NCBI GenBank assembly: GCA_938041595.1
Contig: CALITN010000051.1
Coordinates: forward strand, 1 to 24,757
DNA length: 24,757 nucleotides
Direction: 5' to 3'
Source of the DNA: an uncultured Flavobacteriaceae bacterium
GTDB taxonomy: Bacteria; Bacteroidota; Bacteroidia; Flavobacteriales; Flavobacteriaceae
Below the pieces are notes generated by a model that was not told the origin of the DNA, ran no database searches, and worked only from the letters and a program-made list of their open reading frames with translations. Shown here one piece after another: positions 9,459 to 17,028 of this stretch. Within the stretch, counting starts at the first letter, position 1, and each line of letters starts with the position of its first letter. Both the position numbers and the translations under genes were made by a program.

Positions 9459-10109
9459 TTAAGCGTTTACAAATTTTTCTTTCCACAAAAACTTTCCGAG
9501 ATCCAAAATAGAATCCAAAGGGGTGTTATCGAAAACATCAAAGGCAGTGTGCACTGACTTTTCAATGGCAGCATCTGTTTTTTCAAAGTTTTCCGATCGA
9601 TCTGTTATCCAAAATTTGAGCAAGAACATCAGTTGTACCCAAGCCGCTTCGGAAAACAACTTTGGTGGATGCTGCTGGAAACGCGAGTCTTTATCAGCAT
9701 TGCCTTCTTCAATTAAATCAGTGGTAAATGCTTTGAAGTGGCGACGTAAGCCCTTCAGATAAACCAAATCCTTCATATTATTCATTTCCTGACGCAAGGC
9801 AAAAAGAACATAGGATCGGTTTAACAACAACAACTCAAAAAAAGTAAAATAAAAACTAAGAAGCTTTTCTTTTCGTCCTCCCTTTTTGAAATTTTTATCC
9901 TTTTCCAATACCGACATCGTATTGATGAAAAAAGCATCCCAAATGTATTCGCGAACGGCATCAAGGGAACCAAAAACACTATAGAATTCTTTTTCCTCCA
10001 TTCCCGCAGCTTGGCAAAACTTGTAGACCGACTTAGGATAGGATTCCTGCGCTAAGACATGATCCGTGTAGTGAGTTAATATTTTGGTTCGAAGTTCTTG
10101 TGGCTGCAT
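9459..10109 (-). CDS. TetR-fold protein (degenerate HTH + TetR C-terminal domain)
   Basis: 'SVYKFCQAAGMEEKEFYSVFGSLDAV' resembles a TetR HTH (..A..AG.....FY..F.S...). 'EKLLSFYFTFFELL' and 'FWITDRSENFEKTDAAIEKSV' are typical of the Bacteroidota TetR-C proteins I recognise next to ABC1 kinases. Confidence 0.75.
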   Translation of the reverse strand: MQPQELRTKILTHYTDHVLAQESYPKSVYKFCQAAGMEEKEFYSVFGSLDAVREYIWDAFFINTMSVLEKDKNFKKGGRKEKLLSFYFTFFELLLLNRSYVLFALRQEMNNMKDLVYLKGLRRHFKAFTTDLIEEGNADKDSRFQQHPPKLFSEAAWVQLMFLLKFWITDRSENFEKTDAAIEKSVHTAFDVFDNTPLDSILDLGKFLWKEKFVNA

Positions 10110-10141
10110 AAGTTGTTTTTATATTTTACAATATTACAAAA

Positions 10142-10171
10142 TGTTTAATTATTTTTAAATATGGTTAAACA
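10142..10171. promoter_or_regulatory. Candidate operator: inverted repeat TGTTTAA-N16-TTAAACA with imperfect 10-11 bp repeats
   Basis: TGTTTAA at 10142-10148 and TTAAACA at 10165-10171. On the minus strand TTTAACC, TTTAAAA and TTAAACA recur at 10 and 11 bp spacing. The region is very AT-rich, so chance is possible. Confidence 0.35.
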
Positions 10172-10194
10172 ATAATATTTTGTTAATTTTTTGA

Positions 10195-10235
10195 TGTCAA
10201 AATGTCACTTACTTTGATTTGGTATTTTTTTTGAA
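10195..10235 (+). promoter_or_regulatory. Putative sigma54-spaced promoter with upstream TGTCA tandem repeat for htpG
   Basis: TGTCAaaaTGTCA at 10195-10207. TTGGTA...TTGA with GG (10221-22) and GA (10233-34) separated by exactly 10 nt, the -24/-12 geometry. Confidence 0.45.
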
Positions 10236-10260
10236 CAGCTAGTGGAAAATCATAGAAACG

Positions 10261-12138
10261 ATGTCAAAAGGCAAAATCAATGTAGCGGTCGAAAATATTT
10301 TCCCGCTAATCAAAAAGTTCTTGTACAGTGATCACGAAATATTTCTTCGAGAACTGATCTCCAACGCAACCGATGCCACGAATAAGTTGAAGCACTTAAG
10401 CAGCCTTGGGGAAGTCAAAGGCGACTTAGGCGATTTGACCTTGGAGGTTAAAATTGACGCCAAAGGCAAGAAGCTCCATATCATCGATAAAGGGGTCGGA
10501 ATGACTGCCGATGAGGTAAACAAATACATCAATGAGGTCGCCTTTTCGGGGGCTGAAGAATTCTTAGAGCAATATAAAGAAAGTGCCAAAGACTCAGGCA
10601 TCATTGGTCATTTCGGTCTGGGCTTCTATTCTGCTTTTATGGTAGCCAAAGAGGTAGAAATCATCACCAAATCGTTTAAGGACGAGCCGGCAGCTCACTG
10701 GACTTGTGATGGTTCTCCAGAATACGAACTCAAAGAATCCGACAAAAAAGAACGCGGTACGGAGATTATCCTTCATATTGATGCAGACTCCAAAGAATTT
10801 TTGGAAGAAAGCCGTATTGGAGCTTTGCTGAGCAAATACAATAAATTCATGCCCGTTCCCATCAAATTTGGAACGCGCGAAGAAAACCTGCCACTCCCAG
10901 AGGACGCTGCTGACGATGCCAAAGCCGAAACGGTCACTGTGGACAACATCATCAACAATCCAAACCCTGCTTGGACCAAAGCCCCTTCGGATCTCAAAGA
11001 GGAAGACTACAAAGGATTCTACAGAGAGCTCTACCCAACTCAATTTGAGGAGCCTTTATTTAACATCCACCTCAATGTGGACTACCCCTTCAATCTGACT
11101 GGAATATTATATTTTCCAAAATTGAACAATGACCTCAACATTCAAAAAGACCGCATTCAGTTATATCAAAACCAAGTTTTTGTGACCGATAATGTGGAGG
11201 GGATTGTCCCTGAGTTCTTAACCCTTTTGCGAGGTGTCATTGATTCTCCTGATATTCCATTGAATGTGTCTCGAAGCTATTTACAAGCCGACGGTGCAGT
11301 AAAGAAAATAAGCAATTATATCACACGCAAAGTGGCTGATAAATTGAGTAGCCTGTTCAAAAAAGACCGCAAAGGTTTTGAGGAAAAATGGAACGACATC
11401 AAGGTGGTTATTGAATACGGAATGCTTAGCGAGGACAAGTTCTTTGAAAAAGCAGAAAAATTTGCCTTATTTCCCACTACTGATGGAGATTATTTCACTT
11501 TTGAAGAACTCCAAGAAAAAGTAAAAGACAATCAAACCGATAAAGACGGAAAACTGATTTTGCTCTACGCATCCCAAGTTGAAGAGCAACACAGCTATAT
11601 TCAGGCAGCCAAAGACAAAGGTTACACCGTTTTGCTTTTGGATTCTCCCATTATCAGCCATTTGATTCAAAAACTAGAAACCAGTAAAGAAAATCTCAGC
11701 TTTGCAAGAGTGGATGGAGATGCTATCGAAAACCTCATCAAAAAAGACGAGGCCACCGTTTCTAAGCTATCGGAGGAAGAAATAGAAAAACTCAAACCCA
11801 TCATTGAGGAAGTGGTCACTGATGAAAAGTACAGCGTACAACTGGAAGCTATGGACAGCCAGGGGCTCCCTTTTGTGCTGACCCAACCCGAGTTTATGCG
11901 ACGCATGAAAGAAATGCAGCAAACCGGAGGAGGGATGATGGGAAGCTTCCCAGAAATGTACACGCTATTGGTGAATACCAATCACAGCTTGGTAGGACAG
12001 ATTTTGAATACTAAAACAGCCAAAAAGCGAGAGCGTTTAATCAAACAAGGTTTGGATTTAGCTCGCTTGTCACAAAACCTTCTTAAAGGGGAAGAATTAA
12101 CGGCTTTTATTCAAAGAAGTTTGGATTTGATCAAATAA
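10261..12138 (+). CDS. htpG: Molecular chaperone HtpG (Hsp90)
   Basis: 'LYSDHEIFLRELISNATDA', 'DKGVGMT', 'IGHFGLGFYSAFMVA', 'RGTEIILH', 'GVIDSPDIPLNVSRS'. Confidence 0.97.
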   Translation: MSKGKINVAVENIFPLIKKFLYSDHEIFLRELISNATDATNKLKHLSSLGEVKGDLGDLTLEVKIDAKGKKLHIIDKGVGMTADEVNKYINEVAFSGAEEFLEQYKESAKDSGIIGHFGLGFYSAFMVAKEVEIITKSFKDEPAAHWTCDGSPEYELKESDKKERGTEIILHIDADSKEFLEESRIGALLSKYNKFMPVPIKFGTREENLPLPEDAADDAKAETVTVDNIINNPNPAWTKAPSDLKEEDYKGFYRELYPTQFEEPLFNIHLNVDYPFNLTGILYFPKLNNDLNIQKDRIQLYQNQVFVTDNVEGIVPEFLTLLRGVIDSPDIPLNVSRSYLQADGAVKKISNYITRKVADKLSSLFKKDRKGFEEKWNDIKVVIEYGMLSEDKFFEKAEKFALFPTTDGDYFTFEELQEKVKDNQTDKDGKLILLYASQVEEQHSYIQAAKDKGYTVLLLDSPIISHLIQKLETSKENLSFARVDGDAIENLIKKDEATVSKLSEEEIEKLKPIIEEVVTDEKYSVQLEAMDSQGLPFVLTQPEFMRRMKEMQQTGGGMMGSFPEMYTLLVNTNHSLVGQILNTKTAKKRERLIKQGLDLARLSQNLLKGEELTAFIQRSLDLIK

Positions 12139-12159
12139 TAATCCCTTCTTTATACTAGC

Positions 12160-12192
12160 AAAGCAACGACTGCAAACAGTCGTTGCTTTTTT
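12160..12192 (+). terminator. Rho-independent terminator after htpG
   Basis: 13-bp perfect stem aaagcaacgactg (12160-12172) / cagtcgttgcttt (12177-12189), loop caaa, T-run continuing to 12192. Confidence 0.85.
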
Positions 12193-12218
12193 GCATTAAT
12201 TAAGGAGTTGTGGCGGTA

Positions 12219-12250
12219 TTTGTTTGAGACTTGCTTTCCCTTTACTTTAG
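12219..12250 (+). promoter_or_regulatory. Probable housekeeping promoter for the small membrane protein
   Basis: TTTG (12219-22), 20-nt spacer, TACTTTAG (12243-50; one mismatch to TAnnTTTG). Confidence 0.45.
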
Positions 12251-12274
12251 TGCTAAAGGAGTTTGCTGATACCT

Positions 12275-12559
12275 ATGGACAAAAAACGCTTACGATACCG
12301 ACTGCTATTGTTTTGGAGCTTATTGTTGATTCCGTTGGTTGGGAGTCAGTTCACAACTGAAATACAGTGGGATATGTATGATTATCTGGCGGCAGTCCTG
12401 CTATTGGGTGCAGGGGCATGGAGCATTGAAGGGATCCTCCAATCGCGAAAATCCAAACACTTAAAAAAAATCGGAGTGGTTGTACTACTATTGCTTTTAG
12501 TGATTTTGTGGGCGGAAATGGCCGTTGGACTGTTTGGGAGTCCCCTAGCAGGTCATTAA
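12275..12559 (+). CDS. Small conserved-type membrane protein, about 3 TM helices, unknown function
   Basis: Hydrophobic pattern 'LLLIPLVGSQFTTEIQW..YDYL...' and C-terminal 'LWAEMAVGLFGSPLAG', which I recognise as a recurring uncharacterised bacterial family. ATG 12275 preferred over TTG 12263. Confidence 0.7.
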   Translation: MDKKRLRYRLLLFWSLLLIPLVGSQFTTEIQWDMYDYLAAVLLLGAGAWSIEGILQSRKSKHLKKIGVVVLLLLLVILWAEMAVGLFGSPLAGH

Positions 12560-12564
12560 CTTTG
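12533..12564 (+). promoter_or_regulatory. Canonical Bacteroidota -33/-7 promoter embedded in the upstream gene's 3' end
   Basis: TTTG (12533-36), 20-nt spacer, TAACTTTG (12557-64, exact). The TAA is the stop codon of the upstream gene; the ATG follows at 12569. Confidence 0.65.
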
Positions 12565-12568
12565 TCCT

Positions 12569-13183
12569 ATGACCGAACGACATCTTCATTGGGAAACCAT
12601 ATACCAAAACAAAGAATTTGAAGCTTGTAGCTGGTATCAAGACATTCCAAAAACCTCATTAGAATTGATTGCCACACTTGAGCTCCAGAAGGACGCGGCA
12701 ATTATAGACGTAGGTGGAGGCGAAAGTTATTTAACAGCCTTCTTGGATAAAAAAGGGTTTTCCCAACTTTCTGTATTGGATATTTCACCCACAGCCTTGA
12801 AAAAGAGTCAAAAAAAAATGGGCGGCAAGGCTGCCAAAGTAACATGGATCGTATCAGATGTCACGCACTTTGAAACCGAACGACATTATGACCTTTGGCA
12901 CGATCGAGCAACTTTTCATTTCCTTCGAGATCCGGAAGATATAACTGCCTATATAGCTACGGCTGGAAGAAGAGTTCGTTCTGGAGGTTATGCCATTATA
13001 GGCACCTTTTCACCGCAAGGACCTACACGATGCAGCGGCATCACTATTCAACAATACAGTATAGATGCCCTTGCCGAATGCTTTAAAGCGGATTTTGACC
13101 TCATTGCCAGTCAAGAAAACAGCCATCAAACACCCTTTGACACAAAACAAGCCTTTAGCTTTTGTACCTTTCAAAGAAAATAG
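12569..13183 (+). CDS. Class I SAM-dependent methyltransferase (TehB/TPMT-like small-molecule type)
   Basis: Motif I 'IIDVGGGES', 'VLDISPTAL', 'WIVSDVT', 'YDLWHDRATFHFL', 'GPTRCSG'. Confidence 0.88.
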   Translation: MTERHLHWETIYQNKEFEACSWYQDIPKTSLELIATLELQKDAAIIDVGGGESYLTAFLDKKGFSQLSVLDISPTALKKSQKKMGGKAAKVTWIVSDVTHFETERHYDLWHDRATFHFLRDPEDITAYIATAGRRVRSGGYAIIGTFSPQGPTRCSGITIQQYSIDALAECFKADFDLIASQENSHQTPFDTKQAFSFCTFQRK

Positions 13184-13197
13184 TGTCGACAATACCC

Positions 13198-13806
13198 ATG
13201 CAGGAATTATTCGCATCTCCATCCTTCCCGTGGCAACCTGACCTCCCCGATGCGGAACTGCATTACTATCCCCATTTTTGGTCTCGAAAAGAAGCCGATG
13301 CTTTGTTTGAGCAGCTAAAAAATGAAACACCCTGGCAGCACGATCCGATCACCGTTTTCGGAAAAACCTATATGCAACCACGACTGACAGCCCTATATGG
13401 CAAAAACCCAAAACCCTATTCCTACTCTGGGATAACCATGAATCCCCACCCTATGTCAAACACCCTTATGGAGGTGCTTCAAAAAATCCAAACTGTGGAC
13501 CCCCATGCCTACAATACCGTTTTACTCAACTTATACCGCAATGGAAAAGACAGCAACGGTTGGCATGCAGACAATGAAAAAGAATTGGGACCTCATCCAC
13601 GCATTGCCTCGGCTAGTTTTGGGGAAGAACGCTTTTTCCACTTCAAACACCAAAGCGACAAGCAACAGCGGTACAAATTACGTTTGGATCACGGCAGTCT
13701 ACTAATTATGGGAGGGGCCATGCAAGAACACTGGTTGCACCAAATTGCCAAAACAGCACGCCCGATCAGGGAACGGATTAACCTTACCTTTCGGAAACTC
13801 TATTAA
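13198..13806 (+). CDS. AlkB-family 2OG-Fe(II) dioxygenase, ALKBH2/3-like clade
   Basis: 'QPRLTALYG', 'LLNLYRNGKDSNGWHADNE' (HxD), 'GSLLIMGGAMQEHWLHQI' (distal His), 'RINLTFR'. Start moved to ATG 13198. Confidence 0.9.
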   Translation: MQELFASPSFPWQPDLPDAELHYYPHFWSRKEADALFEQLKNETPWQHDPITVFGKTYMQPRLTALYGKNPKPYSYSGITMNPHPMSNTLMEVLQKIQTVDPHAYNTVLLNLYRNGKDSNGWHADNEKELGPHPRIASASFGEERFFHFKHQSDKQQRYKLRLDHGSLLIMGGAMQEHWLHQIAKTARPIRERINLTFRKLY

Positions 13807-13990
13807 AATAACCGAGTTAAAAAGGCCGCAAATGAGTATTTGGTATGGCGTTTTCTTATGCTTAAGCCCCCTAATCACAAAAGGATTGATCAAAGGGTTT
13901 CAATCAAAAACCCAATGCGTCTCATCATTTTTTTGCTTTGCCGTTTAAATATTGAATAACTATAAGTATTTTGCACCTTAAAAAAATTCA

Positions 13991-16204
13991 TTGAAATCAT
14001 ACAGCCTCACCTTATTTTGCCTTTTGCTATTTAGCGCTCAAATACTCCTAGGGCAAAACAAAGACCTCCCCAGTATACAAGTCAAATATATTTCTGAGGA
14101 TATCGCTATTGACGGTAATGCCAATGAAAGCAGTTGGAGCACCGCACCAGAATCCAGTGATTTTTGGCAGTGGTTTCCCACCGACAGCATTCGTGCGCAA
14201 AAACAAACGCGCTTTAAAGTATTGAATGATGACAAGAATATCTACTTGAGCATTCAAACCTTTTATGATGGCGAGGACTATGTAATTCCATCACTCCGAA
14301 GGGATTTTCAAGGGGGTGGCAATGACAATATTGCCTTTCATTTTGACCCTTTTAACGACCGTACTAATTCCTTCTTTTTTGGCACTAACCCTTTGGGTGT
14401 AAAAAGAGAAGCGCTTGTTTCCAATGGTGGAAATGACTGGCGTCGTGACAGCAACTTAAGCTGGGACATCAAATGGGAAACCGTCACCAAGCAGTTTGAT
14501 GGATTTACACTAACGGAAGTGAAAATCCCTCTTGCTTTTCTAAACTATCCCGATGGCAGCACCAACTGGGGTTTTAACATGTATCGCTTTGACACACAAG
14601 CCAATGAGCGTAGTTCGTGGGGGCATGTTCCTCAAAACCAGAGTGTGGTCAACTTAGCTTTTATGGGGGACTTACAGTTTGAAAAACCCCTGCCAAAATC
14701 TAAAATCCCTTGGGCCTTTATTCCTTTTATGGCTGGGATCGGTGCAAATGACTTTGAGAATGACGAGCAATTTCAAAGCTTGAGTTTTGGAGGAGATGTC
14801 AAAGTGCCCATTAACAACGGTCTCAATCTAGATCTTACATTCAATCCGGACTTTTCACAGGTAGAAGTGGACGACCAAGTGATTAATCTTACCCGCTTTG
14901 AAGTTCGACTTCCTGAAAAAAGACAGTTTTTTATCCAAAATGCTGATTTGTTTGCCAATTACGGAAGCAGTTACAATGCGCAGCCTTTTTTCTCCCGCCG
15001 GATCGGGGTGGCTGAGGACAAAGATGGTAACACCATCCAAAACCGAATTATTGCTGGAGCGCGACTGAGTGGTAAAGTCAATAACAACCTTCGACTGGGG
15101 CTGCTCAATATGCAAACCGATGCGGACGAAGCCAATGAAATAGCCGCAAACAATAACACTGTTTTTACGCTGCAACAAAAAGTGTTTTCCCGATCCAACA
15201 TCGGCTTGATCTTCGTCAACCGAGAGACGACCGGTGAATACGATTTTGTAGATGAAGACGATCGCTACAATCGCGTGCTTGGTTTGGACTATCGCTTAGC
15301 GTCCAAAGACAATAAATGGACTGGGAATTCATATTTCCACAAGTCTTTTGAACAAAACAATGGAAGTGACAACCTTAGTTGGGGCAGTTTTATCAACCGC
15401 AACACACGAAACTATCAAATCTCACAATCGATTGCTGGTATTGGAGAGGATTTTAATGCCGATCTTGGTTTTGTGCGCCGCAAAGGAAACTTCCGAAATT
15501 TCACTAAATACACACAGAAGTTTTATCCCAAAACAGGAGCCGTTAACACATGGAATTTAACCTTGCAAAGTTACTCGCTATGGAAGCCCTCGGATGATTT
15601 TCGCTTGACCGACAATAGTTTCAATTTGGAATCGCAAATACGGTTCAAGAATCAAAGCCGAATTGATGTAGAAGCTTCCAATCGCTATGTGTATCTCTAT
15701 GACGACTTTGATCCAACCGGACTCAACGACAACAATCCCCTACCGGGTGACACCGAATACACCTACAAATCAGTAGAAGTCACTTTCAACTCTGACCAAC
15801 GAAAACGCTTTAACTACCGCTTACGACCCAGTTTGGGCGAATTTTTCAATGGTCAAAAATATTCCCTGCAAAGCGACTTCAATTATCGTATTCAGCCTTT
15901 TTTCCAAGCGAGCCTCAAGCTCAACTACGACCATATTCAATTAGGACAAGGGTTTCCCTCCGCCGATTTACTCTTGGTCAGTCCCAAGGTTGATCTCACT
16001 TTTACGAAAAGTATCTTTTGGACCACTTTTGTGCAATTCAGTTCCCAATCGGAAAATTTAGGAATTAATTCCCGTCTTCAGTGGCGTTTTGCCCCTCTAT
16101 CCGACTTATATGTGGTCTATAACGACAATTATATAACAACGGACTCCTTTTTGCCAAGATTGCGTACTTTTAACCTCAAATTTACCTACTGGTTAAACAT
16201 ATAA
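13991..16204 (+). CDS. Exported protein with N-terminal CBM9/DOMON-like domain and DUF5916-type C-terminal region, probable outer-membrane beta-barrel
   Basis: TTG start with signal peptide; 'IAIDGNANESSW'; 'LDLTFNPDFSQVEVD', 'NLTRFEVRLPEKRQFF', 'FFSRRIG' are motifs I recognise from DUF5916 proteins; alternating beta-strand pattern; aromatic C-terminus 'KFTYWLNI'. Confidence 0.8.
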   Translation: MKSYSLTLFCLLLFSAQILLGQNKDLPSIQVKYISEDIAIDGNANESSWSTAPESSDFWQWFPTDSIRAQKQTRFKVLNDDKNIYLSIQTFYDGEDYVIPSLRRDFQGGGNDNIAFHFDPFNDRTNSFFFGTNPLGVKREALVSNGGNDWRRDSNLSWDIKWETVTKQFDGFTLTEVKIPLAFLNYPDGSTNWGFNMYRFDTQANERSSWGHVPQNQSVVNLAFMGDLQFEKPLPKSKIPWAFIPFMAGIGANDFENDEQFQSLSFGGDVKVPINNGLNLDLTFNPDFSQVEVDDQVINLTRFEVRLPEKRQFFIQNADLFANYGSSYNAQPFFSRRIGVAEDKDGNTIQNRIIAGARLSGKVNNNLRLGLLNMQTDADEANEIAANNNTVFTLQQKVFSRSNIGLIFVNRETTGEYDFVDEDDRYNRVLGLDYRLASKDNKWTGNSYFHKSFEQNNGSDNLSWGSFINRNTRNYQISQSIAGIGEDFNADLGFVRRKGNFRNFTKYTQKFYPKTGAVNTWNLTLQSYSLWKPSDDFRLTDNSFNLESQIRFKNQSRIDVEASNRYVYLYDDFDPTGLNDNNPLPGDTEYTYKSVEVTFNSDQRKRFNYRLRPSLGEFFNGQKYSLQSDFNYRIQPFFQASLKLNYDHIQLGQGFPSADLLLVSPKVDLTFTKSIFWTTFVQFSSQSENLGINSRLQWRFAPLSDLYVVYNDNYITTDSFLPRLRTFNLKFTYWLNI

Positions 16205-16287
16205 ATACAACCCGTAGCGTAACAGAAGGCGCTGCATGGAAAGCACAAAAAAACTCCCGCAAGCGACTTCATTTAAAAACTAAATTG

Positions 16288-17028
16288 ATGAAAAAAACGA
16301 TTTCTTTTGCCCTTCCCTTTTTGCTAATAGCTTTATCCATTAGTCAGTGCAGCAACCCGAAGAAAGTAGGAAAAGGCGAAATGTTGGTCTCTGGGAAAAT
16401 TGAAGGCCTTCGTAAAGGCACCCTCTACTTGCAAAAATTTGTAGACACCCTACTTACTAGCATTGATTCCGTATCAATTGCCGGGAGCCCAGAATTCTCT
16501 TTTACAACCAAAATTGAAAGCCCTGAATTATACTACCTATCTTTAGTCAAAGACGATGGTGACTCACTCAAAGATCGTATTCCATTTTTTGGAGAGCCGG
16601 GTGCTATTTCCATCAATACCCGTTTAAAAACCTTTGAAACCAGTGCACAAATCAAAGGGTCAGAAAATCAAAACCTCTATCGCGAATATCAATCCTACAT
16701 TCGAAAATTCAACAGCCAACAGCTAGACTATTTGGAAGACTACTTGGAGTTCCAAAAAGACGGACTCCAAAAAAAATCAGACTCCATGCAAAAGGTATTG
16801 GATAATTTGATTCGTAGAAAATACCTCTATGCCATTAATTTTGCTTCCAACAATGCAGACCATGAGATTGCGCCTTTTATTGCTTTAGCGGAGGTATATG
16901 ACGCCAATTTGAGCTTATTAGATACGCTTGCCGCTCGGATGAGCTCGGAAGTTGCAACATCGAAATACGGAAAGAAACTGACCGAATACTTGTCAGATCG
17001 AAGAGCTGACGAACAGCCAGAAGACTAG
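16288..17028 (+). CDS. DUF4369-type lipoprotein without a thioredoxin domain
   Basis: Lys-rich start, hydrophobic stretch, then 'SQC' (possible lipobox); 'VSGKIEGLRKGTLYLQK', 'PELYYLSL', 'FFGEPG.I.INT', 'IKGSENQ', 'YGKKL'. No CxxC. ATG 16288 preferred over TTG 16285. Confidence 0.75.
   Translation: MKKTISFALPFLLIALSISQCSNPKKVGKGEMLVSGKIEGLRKGTLYLQKFVDTLLTSIDSVSIAGSPEFSFTTKIESPELYYLSLVKDDGDSLKDRIPFFGEPGAISINTRLKTFETSAQIKGSENQNLYREYQSYIRKFNSQQLDYLEDYLEFQKDGLQKKSDSMQKVLDNLIRRKYLYAINFASNNADHEIAPFIALAEVYDANLSLLDTLAARMSSEVATSKYGKKLTEYLSDRRADEQPED

Noticed and set aside
12202-12263. Two AAGGAGTT copies (12202-09, 12256-63) resembling Shine-Dalgarno sites
   Set aside because: Spacing to plausible starts is wrong (1 nt to TTG 12263, 13 nt to ATG 12275), Bacteroidota generally do not use SD pairing, and two 8-mers can arise by chance.
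12572-12906. 12-nt repeat ACCGAACGACAT (T-E-R-H) occurring twice in the methyltransferase
   Set aside because: Only two short in-frame copies, with no array or element structure.
13745-13948. 67-aa plus and 63-aa minus ORFs spanning the alkB-DUF5916 gap
   Set aside because: They overlap the AlkB-like gene, have no motifs and have no supported start signals.
13961-13977. TATTTTGCAC as the promoter of the DUF5916-type gene
   Set aside because: One base short of TAnnTTTG and no -33 box at the proper spacing; plausible but not supportable.
16205-16287. Possible terminator after the DUF5916-type gene
   Set aside because: Only a 4-bp stem (AGCG/CGCT) and no U-tract.
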